From NCBI RefSeq assembly GCF_009914755.1, contig NC_060941.1: a stretch of 64,000 bases of DNA. One strand, given 5' to 3'. This DNA comes from the human T2T-CHM13v2.0 reference genome, Homo sapiens. Positions 14,621-31,364 of the stretch are shown here, one piece after another (positions within the stretch are counted from its first letter, which is position 1; every line of letters begins with the position of its first letter). Made by a program: the position numbers and the translations under genes. Below the pieces are notes generated by a model. That model saw only the letters and a list, made by a program, of their open reading frames with translations. It was not told where the DNA came from and made no database searches.

Positions 14621-14706
14621 TGGGTGCAGGCTACAGACTCTAGGCTAGGGACACTAGGGAGTGATGGGTGCAGGCTAGGGTGCACACTAGGGAGTGATGG
14701 GTGCAG
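14608..14706. repeat. Three copies of cactagggagtgatgggtgcag
   Basis: Exact 22-mer at 14608, 14652 and 14685. Confidence 0.9.
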
Positions 14707-14755
14707 AAGATGCTTCAGACTACATCTCCAACAGCAAGTGTTTTTATGGGTGTCC

Positions 14756-15079
<324 letters not shown>

Positions 15080-15241
15080 TAAAAATGTAGCCTCATGTCA
15101 TACAGTACAGCATGAAATTTGCAGGTGATTGTTAACAACAAAAACTCCTTAAATGACTGAAGGCATTGAGCTGTCACCAGGTTTGGGTTCAGCAATGTGC
15201 CCTATACAATGTAATATCATCACTCCCCCTGTTACCTCAGG

Positions 15242-15959
<718 letters not shown>

Positions 15960-15964
15960 CTGGG

Positions 15965-16125
15965 CAATCCTCAAAATAACCTCTTATTAACCCCCTTTTA
16001 AAAAAGAAGAAACAGAGACTTGGAGGGTCTTAGTCACTTGCCCACTGTCACACAGAGAGCTGGTGGCAGAAATAGATTCACATCCCTTTCTTGTCATTCA
16101 GAGTCCCGTGCTCCTTTAACGTCCC
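15965..16125 (-). mobile_element. MIR
   Basis: gaagaaacagagact..gtcacttgcccactgtcacacag. Confidence 0.6.
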
Positions 16126-16185
16126 TCCAGAACATAGTGGAGACAAAGAAACACAAACAGTGGGCAACATTTGCCTGGAAGGTCA

Positions 16186-16813
<628 letters not shown>

Positions 16814-17144
16814 TTAGGCCTTCATAATCAGACCTCCACTTCAGTACAGGGGCATGATCACCACTGAATTAATAGTAAAAGATGATGAAGTTCCACAGCC
16901 CAGCTGCAGCTCTACAGGTCAAGGTAGGAGATGGAGTCTACAGAAGAAGGCAGTCCTAGGTGCTAAGGGCTCTAAGGGGCCCCCAGAGATCATCAGGATC
17001 TGGCTTCCCTGGAGGAAGCAGGTTTCTGGATGGGGAAGTGGCATCGGGAGGGGGTTGTGGGATTTGCTCATAGATCTTGGATCGCAGGAGATCCAATGTC
17101 CTCTGATTTCTGCCCATGAAGGGAACAGTCTTTGCATACCACAG

Positions 17145-17360
17145 TGATGACTACCACTTATGTCAGGTGCTGTGAGTACCAAGTCCTTTATATCTATTTT
17201 ATTTCAAGGCTTGGTAACATTTCAAGATATTCTTATTTTACATGGGAAGAAACAGAAGCACAGAGAGGTAACTGAACAGAAGCCACAGCAATCATAAAAA
17301 AGGGCAGACCCAAGCCTTGAAACCAAGTCCGCTTTATTCTAAGCTTCCTGCCCTCTAAAA
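17145..17360 (-). mobile_element. MIR
   Basis: cttatgtcaggtgctgtg..attttacatgggaagaaacagaagcacagagaggt. Confidence 0.65.
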
Positions 17361-17797
17361 TATGCCGTGTTTTCTCCTGACTCCCTATCTTTTCTTTGCT
17401 TTTCAACCTTCCCAGTGTTCAGCCTGACGCTATACCCAGTATGGGTGCCCAGTTCTGCTGAATCAAATAACAGCTATGGTAAAACACAACCCAAAGAATC
17501 CATCTCTCCATTGGACCAAAGCATTATTTGAGTGTTTCTCAAAGTGCCCCTTGGGATGCATTGTTCCTCACCAAAAGTGTTCTATGGTCAGATAAAAGTG
17601 GGAGCCATGCATATTACAGCCCCTTCTCTGAGAACCAGAAAGCACAACAGAGTGTGGAAGGAGCAGAGGATGCCGGATGAACTCAGCCCAGCCCAGCCCA
17701 GCCTTTGACTTCAGGAGGAGCTCAGCAAATATTTATTGACCAAACAAGTGAATGAATGAATGACCGTGTTGAAACATGTTCATTTGGCTTACCTGAG

Positions 17798-18522
<725 letters not shown>

Positions 18523-18937
18523 CCCAGTATCTCAAACTTATTTATCTAGCAAATCTCCCTTTGGCTGGTGTGTATCCCCAGAACATTGTGTTCTGGAAGC
18601 CATTCTTATAGAAAGGCTGGCCTGCGTTAGGGCTGCCTGGCAAGGCACCCCCAGATAGCTGTGCTGGGGTGGGAATTCCCGCAGGGCCAGGTTTTTCAAA
18701 GTCTCTCGGTAGAGAAACTAGAGGCAGAGTGGTGAATGAGCTTGAGGTTTAGGGAGGAAATTCGGTCGTGTCCAGATGCCGTCTGAGGCTATGGTGAACA
18801 GAGGAAAACAGGAGACATAAGACCAAGCTCAGCTGCGGTGAGGCAGGCAGAATTCAGGGCCATTCTTGTGTCAAACTTCAGGTCACTCTACAAAGAGCAG
18901 ATTTTCCCTGGAGCTGAGAGGTATGCAGGAGACCTAG

Positions 18938-19323
18938 TGTCTTAGTCTGTTGGGCTGCTGTAACAACAACAACAAAAATCCCACAGGCTGGGTGGCTGAA
19001 ACCACAGACATTTATTTCTCATGATTCTGGAGGCTGGAAAGTCCAAGATCAAGTCTTCCGCAGATCTGGTGTCCGACAAGAGTGCCCTTCCTGCTTCACA
19101 GACAGTCTTCTCCTGGCTGTGTCCTCACATGGGGTGGAGGCGGAGGACGCGTCTCTCTGTGCCTCTTCTTGTAAGGGCGCTAACCTCATCACAAGAGCTC
19201 CACTCTCACAGCCCAATCACCTCCCAAAGGCCCCACCTCCTAAAGCCTTTACTGTGGAGTTAGGATTTCAACATATGGATTTGGTGGGGGGTGGGGGCGG
19301 GCATAAACATTTAGACCATAACA
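18938..19323 (-). mobile_element. MaLR solo LTR (MLT1A-like)
   Basis: tgtcttagtc..ttctggaggctggaaagtccaagatcaag..aatcacctcccaaaggccccacctc..accataaca; TSD (c/t)ctag. Confidence 0.88.
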
Positions 19324-19374
19324 TCTAGGAAAAGGATCCTACTATTTTTCTTGGAAATTGACAGGGAAGAGAAA

Positions 19375-19478
19375 TTGAAGAGAGATTGAAAGAGAGAAAG
19401 AGAGAGAGAGAGAAGGAGTAGGGGGTGGGAGGGAGGGAGGGAGGGAGAGGGAAAGAAAGATGGAGAGGGAGAGATTGA
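19375..19478. repeat. GA/GGGA purine-rich low-complexity tract
   Basis: (ga)n and (ggga)n runs. Confidence 0.8.
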
Positions 19479-20300
19479 AGACTGAATAAGCACAGCCTGG
19501 ACACCTAGGGGTAGACACAAAATGACCCAGCAGGAGGCAAAACATATAGTAGGATGGAGGCAAAGTCAGTGAGTGCCTGTAAGCACTGAATCCAGTGCCA
19601 CAGACCCATGCTGAGTCCATGGGTTGATAGCAGCTTGCTCTGCTGCAAAATTTGAATCCTTCATGCCCACCAGTGGGTGCAAGGGCAGTGGGGCTGGACG
19701 AGTTGGCAGGATGAGGGCTCAGCATCACGTCGGCAAAGTACCCACTGGTGCCCTGAGTGACTCAGGCTGTGGCATCCCCAGGGGAGCTCTGGCTAGGGGC
19801 TGCTTCTTCCTGGGGAGGGGGTGGCCCCATGATGCCCCCCTCAGAAAGAGCACTCAGGTTCTCCTCCTGCCTCTGCTGCTGACCCAGTTGGGTTGACCTG
19901 CGGTGGTCCACTCTGGCCTCGGCTTTTTATCTGCCCAGTGCCCCTCTGTAAGTTCCCTTCCAATAGTGACAACATGGCTTTACATGATCGTGAGGGCACC
20001 TAGGGAGGCTTAGAGCCTATTGGCCCAGGAAGTGAAAAGGTCTGGCTCCATGGGAGGGAGGAAACCACACCACATCCCCTTCCCTTCTCCAAAGCAGGAG
20101 CCCAATCTTGTTGAATCCATGACATGACAGAGTCAGTTTGGAATATTTTTGTTCCATTCATGGGACTCTAATGGAATCAAGACCAGGCTATTTATATTTA
20201 CAGATGGTGCAAACTTGAGTGGAACATCAAATGTGCCAGATGTCATTAGGATAGAGGAAAATTAGTGAACTTGGCTAATCGAAATCAAAGAGCTTCCCCT

Positions 20301-20323
20301 CCCCCCCCCCCCCCCCCCCCCCC
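20301..20323. repeat. C23 homopolymer
   Basis: 23 consecutive C, preceded by cccct. Confidence 0.95.
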
Positions 20324-21308
20324 AGAGAAGGCTTTCTGGTCCCAAAATGCAAAGGGCTGTGAATGTGCAGAAGATAAGGAACTCGGGGACTGGAGACCCG
20401 CTTGATTGAGTGCAACTTCTGCAACCCAGCATGGAAAGTTTATTCCAGCATGTTTTGCTTGGGGAAAAAGAAATGCAGTCACTGTCTGCCTCCATTGTTT
20501 CTTCTGAGACTGTGCGGGGGACCAAGCAGCAGGCGTTTCATCTCCAATTATTTTCAGCCAAGGGAGAAAACAGATGGTAAATAGCACTGAAAAAATTCTT
20601 TTTAGAATTAATATTAATAAAAGATGTGTTGGAGGCTCTGACTGAATCCCAAGGAACTAGGGCCAGCCTCAAGTGTGGGATGGGGGAAGGGGAGGTAGAG
20701 GTGTCAGAAGAGGGCTGGGGCAGGAAGAGGGGGCAGTAGAGGAAGACCAGGCACATGGGTCTAAGCTGAATTCTCTCCAAGCGACCCCAAGGTGCCAGGG
20801 GACAATGCGTTGGTGGTGCACCCTTGGGACGCCAGCATGTGGCCAGGAACTGGAGCCCTAATGCCATGTGGCGCTTCTGGAGGTTGTGAGCACTGCAGGG
20901 AAGGAGGGTGGTGGGGCCAGACGAAGGGCTGCACAGTGCTCCCAAGGAATGCTGGTGCCGCCGGGACCCCCTTCCAGCAGGCTGTGGCCCAGATGGCTCT
21001 TTTGGGCAACTGCAACACACAGTGGAGGTGGTTGGGTGTACTCACCTCCCTGGCCAATGCCAGACTCTGTTCCCACCCCAAGTGCTATCGAGTGTCCACT
21101 GACTGCCCGGCTGTCCTCTGAGAGTTGAGATTCCACATTCGAGCAAAGAAACTATTTGGCTCCTTTGGGGTTTCTAGACTTCTCTGGGAGAAAGGGCTGA
21201 CACACAATGGGACATGTGTGGAAGGGGAGAGGCTGGTTCCTGGAGACATTCATTTATTCAGAAGAAAACCTCTTGGGCTCTCACTCCATGCTTGAGATTA
21301 CTCTAGGC

Positions 21309-21806
21309 CAGCAGTCCCCAGCCTTTTTGGTACCAGTCATTTATTTCATGAAAGACAATTTTTTCCATGGGCTGGGTGGGGGGAGGGGTGGTTTCAGGAT
21401 GATTCAAGTGCATTACATTTATTGTGCACTTTATATCTGTTATTATTACATTGTAATATATAATGAAATAATTATACAACTCACCAGAATGTAGAATCAG
21501 TGGGAGCCCTGAACTTGTTTTCCTGCAACTGGATGGTCTCATCTGGGGATGATGGGAGACAGTGACAGATCATCAGGCATTAGATTCTCATAAGGAGCAC
21601 ACAACTTAGATCCCTCACATGCACAATTCACAATAGGGTTTGTGCTCCTATGAGAATTTAATGCTGCTGATGATCTGACAGGAGGTGGAGCTCAGGTGGT
21701 AATGCAAGCCATGGGGAGCGGCTGTAAATACAGATGAAGCTTGGTTTGCTCACCAGCTAATTACCTCCTGCTGTGCAGAAACAGGCCACAGAGGTTGGGG
21801 ACCCCT
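21309..21806. mobile_element. MER1A-like hAT-Charlie element
   Basis: Terminal inverted repeats cagcagtccccagcc / ggttggggacccct; ggcattagattctcataaggagc; imperfect 8-bp TSD ctctaggc/ttccaggc. Confidence 0.88.
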
Positions 21807-22374
21807 TTTCCAGGCCCTAGAGAGACAGTGAGGAGCAAAACAAATGAGGTCCAGCCCTCCAGTGAGGGAGAGAAGCAATCATCCAATGCACACTCAAGTG
21901 TGTGTGAACTACTGTTTACCAAGAGGTTTCTTCTAGCTTCTGTCTCCCTTCAGCCCAGAGGTTGGGGACACATGAGTTTGGAGAAGCTGAGAAGAGAGTT
22001 TGTATTGCAGTTATGAACTATAGACATTAACATTAAAACAAAAGCTATCTCACAAGATAGAACTCCCAACATGGGACCATCCCATTTTCCTGTCTATGCA
22101 TTCTTGTTTCCTTCCTTGCCTTGGCCACTAGAAAGCTTAGAGGCAAAAGCATGGCTTACTTAAGCAATAAACATAAAGGACTTCAAGGTACATCCTTGTG
22201 AAATGATCTCATCCCCAGCTTCAGCTTCTCTTTTCTCTCATCTGTTTCTTTTTCTTTCATCTGATATTTGTTGTTTGTATTTTATCTTATTAAATATTTA
22301 TGTCTTTTTTGTATGCTGTTTGAAATTCTTTCTGAAACCCAGTGGAGAGTTCATAAACCAAACAGCATGGACAT

Positions 22375-22830
22375 TGATGGGGTTCAATGAAGACCTAAAG
22401 ATCATCCTTACTTTATGTGATTCTGGATAGATCATGAACCGGAAAACAAGAATTGCTATAATGGACACGTTTTGGGGATAGCTGATGAAATTGGAACAGA
22501 ACTGTGGATTAGATAAAGCATTGTCTTAATGGAAATTTCTTAAATTCAGTAATTTACTGTGGTTATAAAAGAGAATGTCCTTGCTCTTAGGAAATGCACA
22601 TCAGAATATTAAGAGGTCAAGGGCTGCAATGTATGCCACCTACTCAAATGGTCCAAAAGTAAGGGGAAAATCTATCTATCTATCTATATCTATCTATCTA
22701 TCTACTTATCTACCTATGTACCTACTATCTATCTAGAAAGCAGAACAGGAAAATAGTAATAGTTGCAATCTCATACTTGAAAAATGAGAGCACTTGTATG
22801 TCCAAATGAATTTGCTTCACAGTTTTAATT
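22375..22830 (+). mobile_element. Old L1M 3' UTR fragment with (TCTA)n microsatellite at 22671-22735
   Basis: tactgtggttataaaagagaatgtccttgctcttaggaaatgcaca. Confidence 0.7.
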
Positions 22831-24003
22831 ACAGAGGGTGCCCCTTTAAAAGGGAATCTCAAAAAAATGATTTTGTCTTGCTTTCCACACTCCCTTTTCT
22901 TACTGCCTTCTTCTATCCTCTCTCCCAAGACTCCCACCCCCACTGGAATGCTAAAAGAAGACCGAATTTTAGAGCGATTCCAGGAAGAATTGCTTTCAGA
23001 CAATTAGGCATGGTCCACATTTGCCTCCGGCACTGGTGTAGATATAAAAATCCCATCTAGGTCATCAGCAAGTGTTTAAGCTTTTAAGCATTTTCTTTTG
23101 GAGGTTTTTATTAATCCACGAAGAAACACCCTCAAAGTCTCTCCCCAAGCCCCAAGTTCTTGTCATTTGCAATCCAACTGCTTTGGGCTTCAGAAGAAAA
23201 GAAAGAGAACACTGCCAGTAAGGGTAGTCACAGATTCTCTAGAATCAGAAATAAGCACTTTCCACCAGCTCCGCTGCAGCTGTTGAGTCCCTTCCAGCCC
23301 TATGCCCCTCCCTCCCTCTCTCTCTCACATCTCACTCTGCACCCCAGTTAAGGTGGGCTTGGCCAGAGCTCTGCAAGGGAACTGTGAGCTCAAACCTGTA
23401 CCTGTTGTTCAAGAAAACCCAGTGTGCTCCAGACTTCTCCCCACTCTGTACTTTTATTCCCGAGGCATCAAGAAGTCAAACTAAGGAAACACCCTTCTAA
23501 GAGGGTGGCGCATATACACATTCCAGTCCCTAGGCTACCTGGCCAAGTCTTCAGTTCTGGCCAATGCTCCCTCTCTCCAGACGAGCCGCTGTCTTCAGAC
23601 CACAGGGCAAACACCCCAGTGTCTTCTGGGCTGGCTCAAGCCCAGTTGAAAGGACTTTGGTTTGTACCCAGCAAGAGAAAATTGATCACACCTGCCTCTC
23701 TACTTAGTGAAACCTCAGTGGCCTTCTTATTTGTTCACCTTCCTCTTTCCAGTGATCCTTAACCTTCTGTGGGTGTTCGGCTCATCTGCACTTAAGTGAA
23801 TGATAAACTGATCTTTGACTCTCTGATGGTCCCTTTCTGCAAGTCATGGAAAAGGCTATTGAAATGCACTTCTTTAGCCCAAAGCAATTCCAGGTGACTG
23901 GGGGTCAGTAGGAGTTATCCCATTCTATGTATGGGGGTGGGCAGGGAGAGGGAGGGAAGAAAAGATGGTAATGGCAGAGAGGCTTTTACTGAATTAAAAG
24001 GTG

Positions 24004-24360
<357 letters not shown>

Positions 24361-24913
24361 TTATCCCCATAGTCCATTATCTCACTCTTTTCCAACACTC
24401 TTCTTCGAACCCTTTCATGCACACAGTTCAAAGTGTTTTTCCATCTCAGAGCTCTTTAATCCCAGCAATAACTGCCTGACACAGCAGATGATGACAGTGA
24501 TTAGACTGGGAGAGGGAGGAACCAAGGCCAGGCAGAACAAGAGGATTTAGCCTGGGACACGGTCGAGTTGACCTTGGCACCCCACAGGCTGCTTCTGGGA
24601 GGCTGGGCTGGAGAAGGACTCCAGGGACAGGTAGAGGCATTGTAGGTGGGGAGAGTGGGCTGACCTGGGGTTCCTGGGTCTCTCCAGCCAGGGGCAACGA
24701 TGGCTGAAGGCCAAGGTCAAGACTGAAAAGTAGATGCCCTTCATCTAGAATCTGCACAACCTCACTGCTCAGCCCCTGCTCCGCCTCAACCCTCCACTCT
24801 GTCCCTGGGTCCCTCATACTCTCAAACTGCCCATCCTACAGATGCCAATTGGTAGGTTGGAACTTGAGCATATTTTGGTGTCTCTGGGGAGTCAAGGTGT
24901 CTGACTTTCTTGA

Positions 24914-25264
<351 letters not shown>

Positions 25265-25558
25265 TGTTTGTTTTTTTGAGACAGAATTTTGCTCTTGTCA
25301 CCCAGGCTAGTGCAATGGCATGATCTCGGCTCACTGCAATCTCTGCCTCCTGGGTTCAAGCAATTCTCCTGCCTAGGCCTCCCGAGTAGCTGGGATTACA
25401 AGTGTGCACCACTGCACCCAGCTAATTTTTGTACTTTTAGTAGAGACGGGGTTTCACTATATTGGTCAGGCTAGTCTCGAGCTCCTGAGCTCAGGCAATC
25501 TGCCCGCCTTGGCCTCCCAAAGTGCTGGGATTACAGGTGTGAGCCACCACACCCAGCC
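25265..25558 (-). mobile_element. AluS
   Basis: TSD ccctctcttactct (24945-24958, 25559-25572) brackets both Alus. Confidence 0.95.
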
Positions 25559-25880
25559 CCCTCTCTTACTCTTAAATGAGTTTGCTTTTATTTTTCTTGG
25601 AGCCCTCCTGCTGTCAGCCTACAAATCAACGTATATTGAGGGTGATGTAGGCAGATGGGTGACTGGGGTTCCCCTTCTGGGAAAATGTTCTTATTAATTA
25701 TTCAGACCTTGTGTCAAGGGCTAAGTGGATGACAATTGGCATTTGGGTTGAAAAGATGCATTGGGCAATCTGCCTCCCCTGCCCTTTAATTACAACAGTG
25801 ACAATGACCACCCAAGCACTTACCACCAGAGCCGCCAGAGGATTTACTAAGCATTTATTCTAGGCTGGGCGCCATGCTCA

Positions 25881-26204
<324 letters not shown>

Positions 26205-26389
26205 GATAGGCTGAGATTGTCCCCATTTTGTAGATGAAGACATTGAGGCCCAACATATTTATGTAACTTATAGAAAGTCCTAGTGCTGGTAAGTAGCCAA
26301 GCTGTTCCTCAAATCTGCCCAAAGTCTTCATCTTAAGTCAAAGGCACTTCAAAGAGCTCCCAGGAAATAGACAAAGGGCAGCATTTTAT

Positions 26390-26905
26390 CCATTGATTAA
26401 AAAAAATGTATATTTCCATTGCCAAGATGTGCCATGTCTTATCCTAGGCATTGGGGAAAAGGGGTGTATCAAATGCAGACCAAGTGCTTGGAGGGTCTGG
26501 CGTGTGTTGGGTCCTTAAAGATTGTGGTAAATTCACAGAGCGAAGGGGGCAGTACCTGGCAGGAAAGGGTCCACTTTGGGTCAGGAGGTGACATTTGGGC
26601 TGAGATCTGAAGGAGGAGAAGGAGCTAGGAGAAGCAAAATCCTGTTGGAGATTACTGCAAGGACAAAGGTCTAGAGGCAGGACTGAGTCTGGCAAGTCGA
26701 AGGACCCCAAACTGGCCCAGTGTGGCTGCAGAGAAATGAGCTAAGGCCAAAAAGGCCGCATCAAGGGGGCCTTCGCAAGTCATAGGAAGGTGTTAGAGTT
26801 TTATTTTATTGGTGAGATTCTAGCAGGGAGCAGAATGTTCTGATTCATGATCTAAATAGATGGCTCTGGTGTTGAGGGATGGGTTGGAATAGAAGCTGGA
26901 GACCC
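26390..26905 (-). mobile_element. L2
   Basis: ggaggtgacatttgggctgagatctgaagga, cccagtgtggctgcag, tggctctggtgttgag. Confidence 0.7.
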
Positions 26906-27364
26906 ATCAGGAGTGTCAGGGAGGAGGCCTATGCATCTTACACTGTGCAGAGAAGAACAAAATCAGTAAGCAAAACCCTAGCACCTGTACTGATACTTTG
27001 CTGAGCCTGGGAGGCGGCCGATGCAGGGCACAAATAGACCACATGGAGCCCATTGGGATGGGGCTCAGCCTGCTTAGACATAGCACAATGATAAGGCCCA
27101 TTGTAGGCACCATCCAGAGGGCTCAGCACCGACTTCACCCTCTCAGAGCTCCCTCTTGAAGCAGCTGCTCCACTGGCACACATGCTGCTCTGGGTAGACG
27201 AATCCCCAAACATTCCCCCTTCCCATCAGCAGCTGCAGTTTCAGCCTCTGTTTTAGCCCCTAGCTGTGAGTTCTTGTCCCACACTACACAATGGGCCAGC
27301 TCAGGTGATTAAACCCCTTACATGGAGCTATCGGGGGCATGAGGCAAGGAGCAGAAAAATCATG

Positions 27365-27600
27365 GTAGCTGGCAGTCTGTGGATGTTTCCCTGTACCAGG
27401 CACTCTGCTAAGCACTTATGTATTGACTCTGGTCTTGTCCTCAAATAACCCTATGAGGCAGACACTACGATTATCCCACTTTACAGGAAACTGAGGCACA
27501 AAGCAGTTAAGCAACTTCCCGAAGGTCACAGAGAGAGAGTCAGGGAGCAGCCAGCATTCCAACCCAAGCTGTCTGGCTGTGGAGTTCCTGCCGTTGTCTT
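27365..27600 (-). mobile_element. MIR
   Basis: taccaggcactctgctaagcact..aaccctatgaggcag..ggaaactgaggcaca. Confidence 0.85.
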
Positions 27601-29259
27601 ATGCCGACTGCCCTCTCAGAAAGTCTCTCCCAGGGGTTAAGAACGCTCAGATCCTTCAAGGTCTAGGCAGCCTCAGCCTTCTTTAACCAGGAGCAATTCA
27701 TCTTCCAAAATAATGCCATCAGAAAAATGAGGAAACTTCAAAGAGAAACGAAAAGGATGAGCATTCTGAGAAACCCTAATGTGCAAAAATAGTTAAAGAA
27801 ACAGAGGATTATCAGAGGAGAAAGGTCCCTGTTGTGGCTGAGCCCACAGCCTTGCTTCCCTGGGAAGGCAGAGGGCTAGGGAAACCCTCTGGTGCTTGGT
27901 TGCTGATGCTGGGAGAACCAAGCCCTTCTGTGGGAAAATCAATGATGGCAGTGACTGTTTTCCTGCCACAACAAACCTATACTTAAATATGATTAAATAT
28001 GCTTTCTGCAAAGGAAATACCCTATAGTTTATCCAAACACGGGGTCACCCTCTCTCTCCCATGCACTGTTCCGGTGGTTTACGTGGCACGCTATATTCTG
28101 AACAGGGCTCAAGTCTATTAGGCCAAGTTCCAAACTATTTTTTTTTTCTAGCAGTCAGGCCTCACTTAGACGCCAAACGGGTCAGACCACGGGAGCTCCA
28201 TCCCTGAGCCCCACTCTCCCCTTGAGACTGGGGAAGGGTAAACACCAAATATCCCCAGATGGTTCCTCTCTGTGACTCTGAGCTCCACCTGCTGACCTTC
28301 CAGTTCGTTTTTCTGAGTCTCTGAAACATTCAGCTTCCCTTCTCCATGGGGAAACATTGGGAAGAACAGTGTATTTCTAGGTGACAAAAGAAAAACATAT
28401 ATGTTTGTCCCTTTCTCATATCAGGCAATTAAAGGAATTAGAGGGTGACTTGGTAAAACCAATCCCCTTCCCTCTCCTCCCACCCCCAATTCAACTCAGA
28501 AATAGAGATAATGGTTTCCATTTTCCCTCTCCAGTGTAGTTGGAGGAAAGCCATTTTATTCCCCTAATTATATGGACACCCACTCACATACATAAATATC
28601 CACATATGAGATGATACGTGTGCTTGTGTGTGTGTGTCTACACCCTCATGCATCTGCTTCCAGATCCTGTAATTAACACCCCATAAAGAACAATTCTGTG
28701 TACCTGAAGACACCAGCCTAGATCCTGGGTGATTGACAAGCCAGAAAACTTAATTTTCCCTCTTTGTAGGAGAGATCGTTTAAGCTACTGTTTGATAGCC
28801 TTACCAGATTAGCCAGCTCTGAACTGCTTTGGAGAATTTTGTTCCTTTACCCAACTCCCTGACTCTCCCTCCCCACCCCCAGAGCGATAAGGCATCTGTA
28901 AACACTCTCTGAAGCTCCTTCCCCAGCGTTCTTGGGTTTGCCACTTTGAAGTAAAACTGCAGGAAGACCTCTGTATGAGATGAAAATGTCTTGCCAACTG
29001 ATAAAGAAGTGCGGATCCAGCTAAAATCCACTCGGAAATAGGGATTAGTGAACCTGAGAAGGTTTGTTTGGATTGAAGACTGTGTTGAAAAAAAAAATGT
29101 GAGATTTGGATTCCATCAAAATGAACCCAAACCCCAGTCTCCCACCCCCGCCAGCCCCACTCTGCAGACACTGTGAGTGCCCCTACCTTCACATTCAGAA
29201 AGTCCTTCAATTTCAGAAATGGTTATCACTTTTCCTCTATGTTGTGGTTCTCAAATTTC

Positions 29260-29707
<448 letters not shown>

Positions 29708-30574
29708 GCAAGACTAGATTTTTTAAAATACTGTTCCAGAACCAGCTGACCAGTGGCCCCAATACCACATATGCAGGGCTGTGATCCAGTGGGACATCCT
29801 AGCACCGGGTAGAAAATATTGAAATACTGAGCTAATGGTTGATAAACAGCCATAGCTTCTAGTTTCCTGAGTGCCATCTGCTGTCCCAACTACTTGCCCC
29901 CTCTCCCAGGACCTCCTGGACTTCCCCACATTTCAGACACCTAACAGTGAATGACTGACACAGCAGAGGGTCTCTGGGTCCCTGAACCTGCTGCTAGGGC
30001 CCGCATCTGCTCTGATTGGCCTGTGTCTTATCACTGGCTAAGTGTTTTCACTATTCCCCTTCACATGCGATTGTATGACAGAAGCATACCCAGCCGTGGT
30101 TGACATCGGGGACGTGGTTAACCACTTGCTCCCGCCTGCAACACCTCCCTGCCATTTTCCTGGTTTCCTACTACCCTTGCCCTCTGTCTGCTGCTTCTCT
30201 TTTGCAGTTCCCTTTTTTTGTTGTTGTTCCATATTGGTGCCCTGTCCTAGTCCCCTTCTCCTGTCTAGCCCTAAGTGATTACTTTAAGCACCATCTATAT
30301 GTCCTGAACTCAGAAGGCAATAGACAAGCTTATCAGACTTGTGTAAAAAGTAAAAGTTAATAATTCTGAGGAAGGCAGATACTCTTTCTCAAAAAGAAAA
30401 GATGCCTATGGTTTATTGTGATGGTCCCCAGACACTCATTTGTGGATTAACCATAGCAGAATTACCCAGGAATATCTAAACGATGAGGATTCATTCAACT
30501 CCTTCCCTAGAGGACCGGTTTCAGTAGGTGTGGAATAGGTTCTGAGAATCTCTGCTTGTTCAAAAGCAGCCTAG

Positions 30575-31280
30575 GCAAAGGATATGAATAGACAATTCTC
30601 AAAAGAAGATACACAAATGGCCAAGAAACATGGAAAAATGCTCAAATGCATATCACTAATTATCAGGGGTATGCAAATTAAAACCACAAGGAGCTACCAC
30701 CTTACTCCCACAAGAATGGCCATAATTTAAAAATCAAAAAATAATAGATGTTGGTTTGGATGTGGTGATAAGTGAACACTTTTACAGCAGCACAATTCAC
30801 AACTGCAAAAATATGCAACCAGCCTAAATGTCCATCAACCAACGAATGGATGAGGAAATTGTGAGATACATATATATATATAAACACACCATGGAATACT
30901 ACTCAGCCATTAGAAGGAACAAAATAATGGCATTTGCAGCAACCTGGGTGGAGTTGGAGACCATTAGTCTAAGTGAAGTAACTCAGGAATGGAAAAACCA
31001 AATATTGTATGTTCTCACTTATAAGCGGGCGCTGAGCTATGAGGATGCAAAGGCATACGAATGATATAATGGATTTTAGGGACTCAGGGGAAAGGTGGGA
31101 GGGGAGTGAGGGATAACAGACTGTACATTGGGTACAGTACACTGCTCAGGTAACAGGTGCACCAAAATCTCAGAAATTACCACTAAATAATTTATCCATG
31201 TAAGCAAACACCACATGTTCCCCCAAAACTAGTGAAAAATAAATAAATAAATGATAAATAGATAAATAAATAAATAAAAA
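30575..31280 (+). mobile_element. L1PB-like 3' end with internal deletion, inserted in a MER5-like element (~30420-31320)
   Basis: gcacaattcacaactgcaaaaatatg, gctatgaggatgcaaaggcata, (aata)n tail; TSD aaaagcagcc. Confidence 0.9.
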
Positions 31281-31364
31281 AGCAGCCCAAGGTGTTCGCA
31301 TGCTTTTTGGTAACTGCTAGCTGGTGCACAGGCTGCAGGGAGAGACCTTTACCGACTGCCTCTG

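Noticed and set aside
14608-14706. Repeat-spacer pattern resembling a mini CRISPR array
   Set aside because: Primate DNA; spacers are short, unequal and derived from the repeat itself; no cas-like ORFs.
20640-21140. GC-rich stretch with overlapping ORFs as an exon or CpG island
   Set aside because: CpG is still depleted, ORFs overlap in several frames as expected for GC-rich DNA, and no homology is recognisable.
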